Positions 33,231 to 43,798 are shown, counted from the stretch's first letter. The stretch is 64,000 nt of DNA from Candidatus Woesearchaeota archaeon (GCA_964344555.1 CAYFNK010000004.1:494-64493); one strand, 5' to 3'. A program made the numbers and translations. The notes: generated by a model not told the origin, from the sequence alone.

Positions 33231-33536
33231 CTAATCTAGTTTAGTTTCTAAAAGGAGTTTATCTAAGTTTTGATCAATATAATTATTTCTTTCTCTACTT
33301 AATTCGTTAAATTTTCCTACTGGAAACTTTTTGAAGGCATCAATATATAAATCTATAACTGCTCCTCTTTTTTCTGTTTTTGATAATATTTTTTCTTTAT
33401 TTCCAAAATCGCTTATTCTTATATGGTAGAGGTTGTTATCTTTAGCCATAACTTCTCCCTTCATATTATATAGTTGAACTTCTTCTCCTAATCCATAATT
33501 ATTATTTAACCTTATTTCTAAGATTTCATATCTCAT
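33231..33536 (-). CDS. Hypothetical protein
   Basis: 101-aa ORF with a 4-nt overlap with the upstream gene. Confidence 0.4.
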   Translation of the reverse strand: MRYEILEIRLNNNYGLGEEVQLYNMKGEVMAKDNNLYHIRISDFGNKEKILSKTEKRGAVIDLYIDAFKKFPVGKFNELSRERNNYIDQNLDKLLLETKLD

Positions 33537-34933
33537 TTTCCTGAAAATGGCCTCAACATGTTTGAGTATATTAACTTTCTTTTTCCAAGTTTTAAATATT
33601 TTGCTACTGCCCTTGGTATAATTAAATTCTTTATCTTATTGTGTTTTGTTTTTACGTTATATGAAACAACAAAGTTTGATCTTCCTTTTAATTTTGGAAT
33701 TATCCACAACATTTTAGTATTCCCTTCTGATCTTATCATCTTAGGTTCTCTGCTTCCAAAATGAGATGGTTCGTCTACCATATGGCTTATTGTATCTAGT
33801 AGTTTTAGATTTTTTAAATTTCTTCTTGATTTGTTTTTTAAACTCACTACTATATCCATACTTAGAATGCCGTCTTTTGATTGTTTTATTGAAAGTACAT
33901 CTTTTGTTATAATTAAATCTCTTTTTCTATAACTATAGAATAAACCTATTATGATTACTATTCCAATAAGATAAATTATTGGTTTTCTATAATCTTTTTC
34001 TATAGTTATTGTCTTGGTTTCGCCCGGATTTAAATCAAATTCCCAAGTTAAAATATATTTATTGTTTTCTTTCAATATTGAATCTGGTTCTGGTGAAGTA
34101 CTTGTTATAAAATTTTCAAAACTTGTTAGTTCTTTTGTATAGATCTCATGTAGAATTGAATTTCCGTTATTTGTCTTTACTATTGTTTCTGAACTGAATA
34201 AGAAGTTTTCTTCAGGGGTTTCAGATCCCTCTAAATTAGGAAAGTCTCCTATGTTCATTTGATATTCTTTTTCTAGTGCTAGCTTATTTAAGGAGTATAA
34301 TTTTACTTTCACAGGATGATCTCCTTTTTCAATATTGCCAGTAAAACTTACTAAAAAGTCTTCTGTCTTTTCTTCAGAATGAGATAAATTTAATTCTCTT
34401 GATATTAAGAAGAATTCACTTTCTAGTACTATCTCAAGGTGGTTTAAGATAAGATTATGATTATTTTTTATATCTAGCTTGAATAAACTTTCTTCGTTTG
34501 GGTTTATGTTATCTGGGCTCCTAAGAGAAAGGTTTATCGCTTCTTCGTAAGAAGTTATGTTAACTGTTAATTCTTCCTCTAAGATTAGGGAATCATTTAT
34601 GGTTGATAATATTCTAAATGGAATTGTATACTCTTTTGGTTCTAATAGTTCTATTGGTTTGATTCTAAGAGTAAATTCTTCTTGTTTATTTTGTTTTACA
34701 TCTAATTGTTGAGGATATAATTCTATTGCCCAAGACCAGTATTCTTCTGGGAAGGAAAGTTTGAATCTATCGTCTTCATCTTGATTATTGTCTATTTTTA
34801 ATTTGAATATTGCTTGATTTGAATTTCCTACTATTAAATTATTTGTTGGATTAATATCTGATGATGCAAGTTCTGCATTTGCATATGAAATTGTTAAAAA
34901 TAATGCTATAAAGAAAATTATATTTTTGTCCAT
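33533..34933 (-). CDS. Secreted, membrane-anchored surface protein (hypothetical)
   Basis: Signal MDKNIIFFIALFLTISYANA, an internal TM IIYLIGIVIIIGLFY near residue 320, and beta-rich repeats. Confidence 0.5.
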   Translation of the reverse strand: MDKNIIFFIALFLTISYANAELASSDINPTNNLIVGNSNQAIFKLKIDNNQDEDDRFKLSFPEEYWSWAIELYPQQLDVKQNKQEEFTLRIKPIELLEPKEYTIPFRILSTINDSLILEEELTVNITSYEEAINLSLRSPDNINPNEESLFKLDIKNNHNLILNHLEIVLESEFFLISRELNLSHSEEKTEDFLVSFTGNIEKGDHPVKVKLYSLNKLALEKEYQMNIGDFPNLEGSETPEENFLFSSETIVKTNNGNSILHEIYTKELTSFENFITSTSPEPDSILKENNKYILTWEFDLNPGETKTITIEKDYRKPIIYLIGIVIIIGLFYSYRKRDLIITKDVLSIKQSKDGILSMDIVVSLKNKSRRNLKNLKLLDTISHMVDEPSHFGSREPKMIRSEGNTKMLWIIPKLKGRSNFVVSYNVKTKHNKIKNLIIPRAVAKYLKLGKRKLIYSNMLRPFSGK

Positions 34934-34967
34934 AATGGTTTTAGGTAGTCTTGGTAAATATATAAAA

Positions 34968-35522
34968 TTATCTTCCCACTATTGATGGTGTATCTTTGAT
35001 TAGGTTTAGTATTGCAGAAGGAGATTTTTTGATATATCCTGATTCTATTATTATTATTTTTTTTATTAACTTTCTGGATAACTGATTTGTGCTTGGAATA
35101 TTTTTTAATTTATTTTTAATTTCTATGCTTGTTATTGGTATTCCAACTTTCTTTATAAGATTATGAAATTTATGGTTGGGAATTTTAATTCTTACTTCTT
35201 TATTTTTTGAACAAAATTTCTTTGCTAGTGTTTTTTTCTTTGCTTCTAAGATAAATGTAAATGGTCCTGGTAATTTTTTAATGTAGTTTTTGTTTTTAAT
35301 TTTGAAATTTTTGTAGATCCATTCTTTTGATGGTGCAACAATTGATAATTGAGAAGTCTTGTCAGTACTTATCTTCTTTGTTAATTCTATGCTAGATATA
35401 TTTAGTGCTCCACACCCTAAGCAGTATCCGGTATCAGTAGGATATACAAAAGGATTTCCTGATTTTATAATCTTTTTAATCTCTTTTATTGTTAAATTTT
35501 GTAAGTTAATTGTATTTTGCAT
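34968..35522 (-). CDS. YrdC/Sua5-family threonylcarbamoyl-AMP synthase (short form)
   Basis: FVYPTDTGYCLGCGA (cf. PTDTVYGLG) and LPGPFTFIL. Confidence 0.75.
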   Translation of the reverse strand: MQNTINLQNLTIKEIKKIIKSGNPFVYPTDTGYCLGCGALNISSIELTKKISTDKTSQLSIVAPSKEWIYKNFKIKNKNYIKKLPGPFTFILEAKKKTLAKKFCSKNKEVRIKIPNHKFHNLIKKVGIPITSIEIKNKLKNIPSTNQLSRKLIKKIIIIESGYIKKSPSAILNLIKDTPSIVGR

Positions 35523-35691
35523 TAAGATTTAGAGAAGAGTTTAAAAATATAAACTTAATGTATCTACTTCTCACCAAAAGTTTTATAAACAATCTACTTT
35601 CCCTCAAGGTATACCTTTCAGGTTCTCATATACATCAAAAATGGCCATAATATTTTAGATTTCATTTATTGATTTTAGTGAGAACTATCTT

Positions 35692-35763
35692 GCCTTGGTG
35701 GTGTAGTGGTTATCATAAGGCCCTGTCGCGGCCTTGACCCGGGTTCGATCCCCGGCCAGGGCG
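35692..35763 (+). tRNA. tRNA-Asp(GTC), no intron
   Basis: GCCTTGG...AGGCC CTGTCGC GGCCT TGAC CCGGG TTCGATC CCCGG CCAGGGC G. Confidence 0.9.
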
Positions 35764-35777
35764 TGTATATGGGCGAA

Positions 35778-35882
35778 GGACTGGTAGCTCAGCTTGGTAG
35801 AGCACTTGGCTTTTAACCAAGGGGTCGCGGGTTCAAATGTGAAGGTCTTTGTTGACTTTCATTGAAATTCCCGTCCGGTCCA
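35778..35882 (+). tRNA. tRNA-Lys(TTT) with a 31-nt non-canonical intron in the T-loop (position 59/60)
   Basis: GGACTGG TA GCTC AGCTTGGTA GAGC A CTTGG CTTTTAA CCAAG GGGTC GCGGG TTCAAA[31 nt]T CCCGT CCGGTCC A. It lies 14 nt after tRNA-Asp. Confidence 0.85.
35838..35868 (+). other. tRNA-Lys T-loop intron with a canonical 3-4-3 bulge-helix-bulge
   Basis: Central helix TTCA/TGAA, 5' bulge AAT, 3' bulge ATT, and a 9-bp inner helix GTGAAGGTC/GACTTTCAT with loop TTTGTT. Cleavage after the second bulge nucleotide restores the T-loop TTCAAAT. Confidence 0.8.
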
Positions 35883-35904
35883 TATACTTCAAACTCAGAA
35901 AAAA

Positions 35905-36144
35905 ATGGTAGATTTCGATATTACAAAACACAGTCTTGTTCCTAAACATGTAAAACTTAGCGAAGAAGAAAAACAAGAGCTGTTAAAAAAACATGGTTTA
36001 GACTTGAGTCAGTTACCTATGATCCTTTTGAGTGATGCAGCAATACAAGATCTTAGACCAGAAGTTGGTAATGTTATTAAAATTATAAGAGATAGTCCTA
36101 CTGATGTTGAAAGTATTTTTTATAGGGTGGTAGTTCATGGTTAA
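35905..36144 (+). CDS. rpoH: RNA polymerase subunit H (Rpo5)
   Basis: HSLVPKHVKLSEEEKQELLKKHGL...LPMILLSDAAIQ...YRVVV. Confidence 0.9.
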   Translation: MVDFDITKHSLVPKHVKLSEEEKQELLKKHGLDLSQLPMILLSDAAIQDLRPEVGNVIKIIRDSPTDVESIFYRVVVHG

Positions 36145-37621
36145 AGGTTACAAAGATTTGATATCAAATCATTTCGAAAATCATTCTTTTGTAGAACAAG
36201 ATATAAACTCTTTTAATGAATTTTTAGAGAGAGGTTTACAAAAAATTGTTGATGATGTTGGAGATATAGTTCCAACAATTATCCCCCAAGAATATGAAAA
36301 TTTTAAAATCAAATTAGGTAAGGTTCAGGTTGGTAAGCCAGAGATAACTGAAGCTGATGGTTCTAAACGTCCCATTTATCCTATGGAATCTAGATTGAGA
36401 CAATTAACTTATTCTGCGCCTATTTATTTAGAAGTTAGTGCCCATATTAATGATGTTCAAAGAGAATCTTTTACTTCACAAATCTGTAAAATACCAATTA
36501 TGCTTAAATCTAATAACTGTCATCTTAATGGATTGAAAAAAAAAGACTTGATCAAACATGGAGAAGATTCTGATGATCACGGAGGATATTTTGTTATTAA
36601 TGGTAATGAAAGAACTTTCATCATAGTTGAGGATCTAGCTTCTAATAAATTATTTGTTAAAAAATCTTCTACTGGTCCAAGCAAGTATATTGGGAAATTA
36701 TTCTCTGAAAAAGGGAATTATAGAATTCCCCATACGGTAGAACAGATGAAAGATGGAGTTATATATTTTAGTTTTAGTAGATTTAAAAGAATACCAATTA
36801 TCGCAGTTATTAAAGCACTAGGTTTGACTTCTGATAAGGAGGTAATGAGTTTAATTTCTTTAGAAGGTGGACAAGATGATGTTTTGGTTAATTTATACAA
36901 TAGCGTTGAATTGAAGAATCAAAATGATGCTTTGGATTTCTTAGCTAAACAGGCAGGAATATTACAAAAAGAATTTAAACATGAAAAAATATTAGAACAA
37001 CTTGATAAGTATTTGTTACCTCATCTAGGATCTACTTCTAAAAGTAGAACTACTAAAGCACACAATCTTTGTAAACTAATTAAAAAATATTTGATGATTT
37101 CTTCTGAAGGAGTTAAGTCTCAAAGTCAAGATCATTATACAAATAAGAGACTAAAATTATCTGGAGATCTTTTAACAGATTTATTTAGAGTAAATGTTAA
37201 TTCACTTGTACAAGATATTTTGTATAATTTCCAAAGACTTGTTAAAAGAGGAAAATTCAGTTCTATTAGAATAATTATAAGGGATCAATTATTAACTCAA
37301 AGAATAAAGAGCGCTATAGCCACTGGTACGTGGCCCGCTGGTAGAAAAGGTATAAGTCAAAATATGGCTAGAACTAATTTTATAGATAATATTTCACATC
37401 TTCAAAGAGTAGTTAGTTTGTTAACTTCTACTCAAGAAAATTTTGAGGCAAGAGCTTTACATAGTACCCATTGGGGAAGACTTTGTCCAGTTGAAACTCC
37501 GGAAGGAACACCTATAGGTTTGAGAAAAAATCTTTCTTTGTTGTCTAAAATAACTACGAAGGATTATTCTGAGGAAAAAGTAAAAAAAATTTTGGAGGGG
37601 TCTGGACTTAAATCTGTTTAA
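36137..37621 (+). CDS. rpoB2: RNA polymerase subunit B'' (N-terminal half of Rpo2)
   Basis: HQIDSFN-like FVEQDINSFNEFL, and a C-terminal HWGRLCPVETPEGTPIGLRKNL. Confidence 0.95.
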   Translation: MVKGYKDLISNHFENHSFVEQDINSFNEFLERGLQKIVDDVGDIVPTIIPQEYENFKIKLGKVQVGKPEITEADGSKRPIYPMESRLRQLTYSAPIYLEVSAHINDVQRESFTSQICKIPIMLKSNNCHLNGLKKKDLIKHGEDSDDHGGYFVINGNERTFIIVEDLASNKLFVKKSSTGPSKYIGKLFSEKGNYRIPHTVEQMKDGVIYFSFSRFKRIPIIAVIKALGLTSDKEVMSLISLEGGQDDVLVNLYNSVELKNQNDALDFLAKQAGILQKEFKHEKILEQLDKYLLPHLGSTSKSRTTKAHNLCKLIKKYLMISSEGVKSQSQDHYTNKRLKLSGDLLTDLFRVNVNSLVQDILYNFQRLVKRGKFSSIRIIIRDQLLTQRIKSAIATGTWPAGRKGISQNMARTNFIDNISHLQRVVSLLTSTQENFEARALHSTHWGRLCPVETPEGTPIGLRKNLSLLSKITTKDYSEEKVKKILEGSGLKSV

Positions 37622-37622
37622 A

Positions 37623-39425
37623 ATGGTTGATGTTTATTTAGATGAAAAGTTTATAGGTACCGTTGCCGATAAAGATAGTTTTATCAATGATTTTAAGATT
37701 AAAAGAAGAAAGGGGGATATTCCAGATTCTATAAATTTAAATTATGACGAAGAATTTAATGAAATTTATGTTGATTCTAAAAGGGGAAGATGTAGAAGGC
37801 CTCTAATCTTGGTTAAAGATGGAGAATCTAAGTTAACTAAAGAACACATTGAAGCTGTTGAGAAAAGCGATATTAAATGGAATGATCTTATAGAAAAAGG
37901 TATAATAGAATATGTTGATGCAGGTGAAGAAGAAAATTGTTTTGTTGCATTGTCTGAAGATGAATTGACAAAAGAGCATACACATTTAGAGATAAGTCCA
38001 GTTGTTATACTTGGAATTTGTACTTCTCTTGTCCCATTTTCTAATTTTGGATCTTCTTCCAGATTAATCAGAGGTTCTAAAATTCAAAAGCAGTCATTAG
38101 GATTATATGCTTCTAATTATCCATTAAGATTTGATACCGATGCTAGTTTATTGCACTATCCTCAAAGACCAATAGTTAAATCCTTTATGCATGATGTTTT
38201 CAAGTATGATGAACACCCTTGTGGACAAAATTTTACAATAGCAGTTATGAGTTATGAAGGATATAACATGCAGGATGCTATCATATTAAATAAGGGTAGT
38301 GTTCAAAGGGGAATTGCTAGATCACAATTCTTTAGACCATATTCTATGGTTGAACTTAGGTATTCTGGAGGCCTGACGGACGAGATAGGAATCCCAGATA
38401 AGGAAGTTAAAGGATATAGAGCAGAAACTGATTATAAAAACTTGGAAGATGATGGAATAGTTTTCAGTGGCGCAAATATGGACACAGATGATGTAATTAT
38501 TGGTAGAACTAGTCCTCCAAGATTTTTAGGTAATTTTGAGAAATTTAATATTGCTGCAAGTACTAGAAGAGAAAGTTCAACAGTTATTAGAGAAGGAATT
38601 AAAGGTACTGTTGATGATGTAATGCTTTCTGAAAATGAAGAAGGTAATAGACTTGTTAGGGTAAGATTGAGAGAACATAGAATTCCAGAAATAGGGGATA
38701 AATTTGCTTCTAGACATGGTCAAAAGGGAGTTATTGGTTTACTTGTTCCTCATGAAGATATGCCATTTAGTTCAAGAGGAATAACACCAGATATAATTTT
38801 CTCACCACATAGTATTCCTTCAAGAATGACTGTTTCTCATCTTTTAGAAGCATTAGCTGGTAAGACTGGAGCATTATCTGGTTCTCAAATAGATGCTACT
38901 ACTTTTGATGCTCCTTCTGAAGAAGAATTAAGAGGCACACTTTTAGATTATGGATTTAAGGAAGATGGGACAGAGAGATTTTATAATCCTATAAATGGCA
39001 AGATGTTCAAAGCTAGAATTTATGTTGGAAATATGTATTATTTGAAACTTAAACATATGGTTTCAAATAAATTACATGCAAGAGCTTCAGGTAGAATACA
39101 ATTATTAACAAGACAGCCCGTAGAGGGAAGGGTTATGGGTGGAGGATTAAGACTTGGGGAGATGGAGAAAGATTGTTTAGTAGCTCATGGTGCATCTACA
39201 TTATTAAAAGAAAGATTTGATTCAGATAAAACAATGTTTTACGTCTGTGAAGATTGTGGAATGTTTGCTGTGTATGATGGATATAAAAATAAGGCACATT
39301 GTTTAAGATGTGGATCAAATACAAATATCCACACTATAGAATTAAGTTATGCTTTCAAGTTGTTATTGGATGAGATGAAATCGTTAATGATAGACCCAAA
39401 AATGAAATTAAGGGATAAGTTTTGA
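37623..39425 (+). CDS. rpoB1: RNA polymerase subunit B' (C-terminal half of Rpo2)
   Basis: GDKFASRHGQKGV, GGLRLGEMEKDCL and a C-terminal Zn ribbon CEDCG...CLRCG. Confidence 0.95.
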   Translation: MVDVYLDEKFIGTVADKDSFINDFKIKRRKGDIPDSINLNYDEEFNEIYVDSKRGRCRRPLILVKDGESKLTKEHIEAVEKSDIKWNDLIEKGIIEYVDAGEEENCFVALSEDELTKEHTHLEISPVVILGICTSLVPFSNFGSSSRLIRGSKIQKQSLGLYASNYPLRFDTDASLLHYPQRPIVKSFMHDVFKYDEHPCGQNFTIAVMSYEGYNMQDAIILNKGSVQRGIARSQFFRPYSMVELRYSGGLTDEIGIPDKEVKGYRAETDYKNLEDDGIVFSGANMDTDDVIIGRTSPPRFLGNFEKFNIAASTRRESSTVIREGIKGTVDDVMLSENEEGNRLVRVRLREHRIPEIGDKFASRHGQKGVIGLLVPHEDMPFSSRGITPDIIFSPHSIPSRMTVSHLLEALAGKTGALSGSQIDATTFDAPSEEELRGTLLDYGFKEDGTERFYNPINGKMFKARIYVGNMYYLKLKHMVSNKLHARASGRIQLLTRQPVEGRVMGGGLRLGEMEKDCLVAHGASTLLKERFDSDKTMFYVCEDCGMFAVYDGYKNKAHCLRCGSNTNIHTIELSYAFKLLLDEMKSLMIDPKMKLRDKF

Positions 39426-42001
39426 AAATGAATAATGTAGCAACAAAAAGATTGGATTCAATAAGTTTTGGATTACTTTCTCAAGAAGAAATTAAAAAGA
39501 TGTCGGTTGCTAAAGTGGTAACTCCTGAATTATATGATGTAGAAGGATATCCTGTAGATGGTGGACTTATGGATGTTAGAATGGGAGTTATAGATCCAGG
39601 TTTAAGATGTAAGACTTGTGGTGGCAAATTGAAAGAATGTATTGGTCATTTTGGACATATGGATTTGGCAAGGTCAATACTACATATTGAATATATTGAT
39701 GTTATTATTAATTTGTTAAAGGTATCTTGTAGAGAGTGTGCTAGAGTTTTGGCAGATGATAAAAAAATTGCTAAACATAAAGATAAAATAGATAATTTGA
39801 AAAGAGAAGGAAGAAAAAAAGAAGTTTCTAAAGAAAATTCTTCATTTATAACTTCTCTTAAAAATATTAAAGCATGTCCTCATTGTAAATCTAAGCAAAA
39901 AAAGATTACATTGGAAAAACCCTATACAGTTTTAGAAGATAATAAAAGATTGACGCCTATTGAAATAAAATCAAGATTTGAGGTTATTCTTGAGGAGGAT
40001 TTGATAATTCTTGGAATAAATCCTGAAAATGCAAGACCTGAAAGGATGATAATAACTATCTTTCCAGTTCCACCTGTAACTATTAGACCTAGTATTACTT
40101 TGGAAAGCGGTGAGAGAAGCGAAGACGATCTTACCCATAAATTAAGCGACATAGTTAGAATTAATCAAAGACTGTTTGAGAATATTAATGCTGGAGCTCC
40201 AGAGATTATCATAGAAGATCTTTGGGATTTATTACAATATCATGTAACTACTTTCTTAGATAATGATATTGCACAATTACCTGTTGCAAGGCATAGATCT
40301 GGTCAACCTCTGAAAACTTTAGCAGAAAGAATAAAGAGTAAGGAAGGAAGATTTAGACATAATCTTGCAGGTAAAAGAGTTAATTATTCTGCTAGAACAG
40401 TTATAAGTCCAGATCCTAAAATTAAATTTAATGAAGTAGGAGTTCCTGAAGTTGTAGCTAAAGAGTTGACTATTCCTGAGAGAGTTACAGAATGGAATAA
40501 AGAATGGTTAAGAGATTTTATCAAAGTAGGGCCTGAAGGATATCCTGGTGCAAATTATGTAGTTAGGCCAGATGGTAGAAAGAAAAAAATAACTGAAGAA
40601 ACAAGAGAAACTCTTCTTGAAGAACTTGATTATGGCTATGTTGTTGAAAGACATTTAATGGATGGAGATGTTTCTATATTTAATAGACAACCAAGTTTGC
40701 ACAGAATGAGTATAATGTGTCATAAGATAAGAATTCTTCCTGGTAAAAGCTTTAGATTGAATCCTGCTGTATGTACTCCTTATAATGCAGATTTTGATGG
40801 AGACGAAATGAACCTACATATTCCTCAAACTGAGGAAGCTAGATCTGAGGCAGAAATATTAATGAGTGTTCAAAGACATATAATTACTCCTAAGAATGGA
40901 CTTAATGTTATAGGATCAATTGAAGATGCTATCTCTGGTATGTATTTATTGACTAAAGATTTCAGACTTAACAAAACAAATGCAGTTAATCTTCTGATGT
41001 CTGCAGGAATTGATGATTTGGATAAAATGTCTAAATTTGGAGATAAAGTTAATGGTAAAGAGATATTTAGTGTTATTCTTCCAGAAGATTTAGACTATGT
41101 TGGAGAATCTAAGTCTGGAGATACTGTATTAGTTAAAAAAGGAAAACTAATTGAAGGAACTATTGATAGAGGGTCAATTGGTGAAGAAAAAGGTGGACTA
41201 ACAAGAGCTATTTATGCTAAATATGGTGAGGAAGTAGGAATTGAGTTCATGAGTAAGGTATTTAGATTGGGAATTTCAAGTTTGTTAGATATAGGATTTA
41301 CAATTTCAATATCTGATACAGATATTCCTGAGGCAACTTCAAAGAAAAATGAGGAATTAATAGAAGAAGCTAAGAAAAGAGTTTATGGAATTATTAAGAA
41401 CTATCGTGAAGATAAATTGGAAGCATTACCTGGTAATACTATTGAAGAAACTTTAGAATTAAAGATTTCTGAAGTCCTTAATAAAGTTAGAGATAAAGTC
41501 GGAGATCATGTATCTTCTGTAATAAATGAAGATAATAATATTATGATTATGGCAGGTTCTGGAGCCAAAGGTAATCTTCTTAATCTTGCGATGATGTCTT
41601 CGGTTGTTGGACAACAGGCTATTGGTGGTAAGAGAGTAGAAGGTGGATATTCTGGAAGGGCCTTAAGTATATTTAAAAAAGGAGATTTAAGTCCTGAGGC
41701 AAGGGGGTTTGTAGATAAAGGTTATAAAAAAGGGATGTCTCCTCACGAATATTTCTTCAGCGCAATGACTGGAAGAGATGCTTTAATGGATACAGCACTT
41801 AGAACTCCTAAGTCGGGTTATTTGTATAGGAGATTATCTAATGCTCTGCAAGATATAAGAGTAGAATATGATAGTACTGTAAGAGATGCTAGAAAAAGAA
41901 TTATACAATTTAAATATGGAGACGATAGTATTGATGTTTCTAAAAGTTATGGTGGTTCAATTAACTTCAAAGGTATTGTAAAACAGGTTAAAGGAAAATG
42001 A
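39422..42001 (+). CDS. rpoA1: RNA polymerase subunit A'
   Basis: Zn motifs CKTCGG..C.GHFGH, catalytic NADFDGDEMNLH and RQPSLHRMS. Confidence 0.95.
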   Translation: MKMNNVATKRLDSISFGLLSQEEIKKMSVAKVVTPELYDVEGYPVDGGLMDVRMGVIDPGLRCKTCGGKLKECIGHFGHMDLARSILHIEYIDVIINLLKVSCRECARVLADDKKIAKHKDKIDNLKREGRKKEVSKENSSFITSLKNIKACPHCKSKQKKITLEKPYTVLEDNKRLTPIEIKSRFEVILEEDLIILGINPENARPERMIITIFPVPPVTIRPSITLESGERSEDDLTHKLSDIVRINQRLFENINAGAPEIIIEDLWDLLQYHVTTFLDNDIAQLPVARHRSGQPLKTLAERIKSKEGRFRHNLAGKRVNYSARTVISPDPKIKFNEVGVPEVVAKELTIPERVTEWNKEWLRDFIKVGPEGYPGANYVVRPDGRKKKITEETRETLLEELDYGYVVERHLMDGDVSIFNRQPSLHRMSIMCHKIRILPGKSFRLNPAVCTPYNADFDGDEMNLHIPQTEEARSEAEILMSVQRHIITPKNGLNVIGSIEDAISGMYLLTKDFRLNKTNAVNLLMSAGIDDLDKMSKFGDKVNGKEIFSVILPEDLDYVGESKSGDTVLVKKGKLIEGTIDRGSIGEEKGGLTRAIYAKYGEEVGIEFMSKVFRLGISSLLDIGFTISISDTDIPEATSKKNEELIEEAKKRVYGIIKNYREDKLEALPGNTIEETLELKISEVLNKVRDKVGDHVSSVINEDNNIMIMAGSGAKGNLLNLAMMSSVVGQQAIGGKRVEGGYSGRALSIFKKGDLSPEARGFVDKGYKKGMSPHEYFFSAMTGRDALMDTALRTPKSGYLYRRLSNALQDIRVEYDSTVRDARKRIIQFKYGDDSIDVSKSYGGSINFKGIVKQVKGK

Positions 42002-43146
42002 CAGACTTATATAAAAAATATGAAGGAAAACTGCCTAGAAGAGTGTTAGAAAATATAAAGTTAGAATCTGAAAAACAAAAATTAAGTTCTACTCAAATTG
42101 GCAAGGCCTTAGATATGGCTAGCAAAGAATATCAAAGTTCTTTAATTACTCCTGGAGAATCTATAGGAATTGTTACTGCTGAAAGTTTTGGTGAACCTGG
42201 TACTCAAATGACTCTTAATGTTTTCCATATGGCAGGAGTAGCAGAGATGCAGGTTACAAGAGGTTTGCCCAGGTTAATTGAAATTTTTGATGCTAGAAAA
42301 GTTCCTTCTACTCCTTCCATGAGTGTATATTTGAAACCAGATTATGTCAAAGATGAGAAAACAATAAGAAAAGTATCTAGTTTTATTAAAGAAATTACAT
42401 TAAAGGAAATAAGTTCTTCATTTTCATTGAATATGCTGAGAGGGTGTGTTGAAGTTATGCTTGATCAAAAGAGAATGAGAGATTATGGATTTACTCACAA
42501 ACAAGTTATTGATTACTTAACTGAAAAATTAAAAGGAATAAACGTTAAAGAAATTAAAAATGGAGTTTTATTAAGAGAGTCAGATGAAGAAAGTGATTTA
42601 TCTGGTTTATTTAAGTTGAGAGAGAAATCAAAAGATACTATAATAAGAGGAGTTAAAGGAATCACTCAAGTTTTACCTACTAAAAAAGATGGAAAATTTG
42701 TGGTTTTGTGTGCTGGAACTAATTTGAAAGAAGTTCTTGATATGAAAGAAGTAGATAGTAAGAGCGTAACATCTAACGATTTATATGAAGTTGCTTCAGT
42801 TTTAGGGATTGAAGCTGCAAGGCAAGTTATAATTAATGAGGCAGTTTCAGTTATTGAAAATCAAGGTTTAGATGTTGATATAAGACATGTTATGCTTTTG
42901 GCAGACATTATGACTAATATTGGAGAGATTAAAGGTATTACTAGAGGTGGAATCGGTGGAGAAAAAGAATCAGTGCTTGCTAGGGCAAGTTTTGAAACAC
43001 CTATGAAACACATAAGGAATGCTAGTCTTATTGGAGAAGTAGATAATCTTAGAAGCGTAATAGAAAACGTTATTATAAACCAACCAGTTCCATTAGGTAC
43101 TGGTTTACCTGGATTAATTGTTAAAGAAAATAAGAAGAAAAAATGA
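41998..43146 (+). CDS. rpoA2: RNA polymerase subunit A''
   Basis: GESIGIVTAESFGEPGTQMTLNVFH (trigger loop) and GLPGLI at the C-terminus. Confidence 0.95.
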   Translation: MTDLYKKYEGKLPRRVLENIKLESEKQKLSSTQIGKALDMASKEYQSSLITPGESIGIVTAESFGEPGTQMTLNVFHMAGVAEMQVTRGLPRLIEIFDARKVPSTPSMSVYLKPDYVKDEKTIRKVSSFIKEITLKEISSSFSLNMLRGCVEVMLDQKRMRDYGFTHKQVIDYLTEKLKGINVKEIKNGVLLRESDEESDLSGLFKLREKSKDTIIRGVKGITQVLPTKKDGKFVVLCAGTNLKEVLDMKEVDSKSVTSNDLYEVASVLGIEAARQVIINEAVSVIENQGLDVDIRHVMLLADIMTNIGEIKGITRGGIGGEKESVLARASFETPMKHIRNASLIGEVDNLRSVIENVIINQPVPLGTGLPGLIVKENKKKK

Positions 43147-43388
43147 GTTTAGCAGATGCATTGAAGAAGGAAAAACTTGTAATTGGGACTGAATCTACTT
43201 TGAAAGCCCTGAAAAAAGGCAAGGCTAAGGAAGTTTTCTTGGCTAAAAACTGTCCTGAAAATCTTAGAGAACAAATTAAGAAATATTGTGAAATCTCTGG
43301 TGCAAAATTGAATGAATTAGACCAAACTAATGAAGAATTAGGTGCTACTTGCAAAAAATCTTTTTCTATAAATTCTTGTTATTATTAA
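43143..43388 (+). CDS. rpl30e: Ribosomal protein eL30 (L30e), short form
   Basis: LVIGTESTLKALKKGKAKEVFLAKNCP...ELGATCKK pattern, in the conserved position after rpoA2. Confidence 0.8.
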   Translation: MSLADALKKEKLVIGTESTLKALKKGKAKEVFLAKNCPENLREQIKKYCEISGAKLNELDQTNEELGATCKKSFSINSCYY

Positions 43389-43389
43389 A

Positions 43390-43797
43390 ATGAAGTTAAA
43401 TTTAGAATTAATTCAATACATAAATCTTTTTGAGAAAATTACTAGGACTAAAGTTAAGAATTGTTTTTATCATAAGGATAAATTAGTTTTTGTTGTTGAA
43501 GAAGGCCAGGGCCGTAAGGCTGTTGGAAAAAAAGCTTACAATGTACAGAAAATTACTAAACTAATTAATAAAAAAATAAAAATTGTTGAGTATAATAAGG
43601 ACCCAGTTAAATTTATAAATAGCTTCGTTTCACCGATAGATATAGAGCGTACAGATCTTTCCGATAATGTTATAAACTTAAAGGTCAAAACTGCAAAAGA
43701 TAAAGGCCTTCTAATCGGTAGAAATGGTCAAAATCTTGAGAATATCAAGAAGATAATGGATTATTATTTTAAAATAAAAGACGTTAAAATTTTGTAA
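43390..43797 (+). CDS. nusA: Archaeal NusA-like protein (two KH domains)
   Basis: 135 aa with GRKAVGKKAYNVQKI and GLLIGRNGQNLENI (GxxG KH loops), in conserved synteny. Confidence 0.8.
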   Translation: MKLNLELIQYINLFEKITRTKVKNCFYHKDKLVFVVEEGQGRKAVGKKAYNVQKITKLINKKIKIVEYNKDPVKFINSFVSPIDIERTDLSDNVINLKVKTAKDKGLLIGRNGQNLENIKKIMDYYFKIKDVKIL

Positions 43798-43798
43798 T

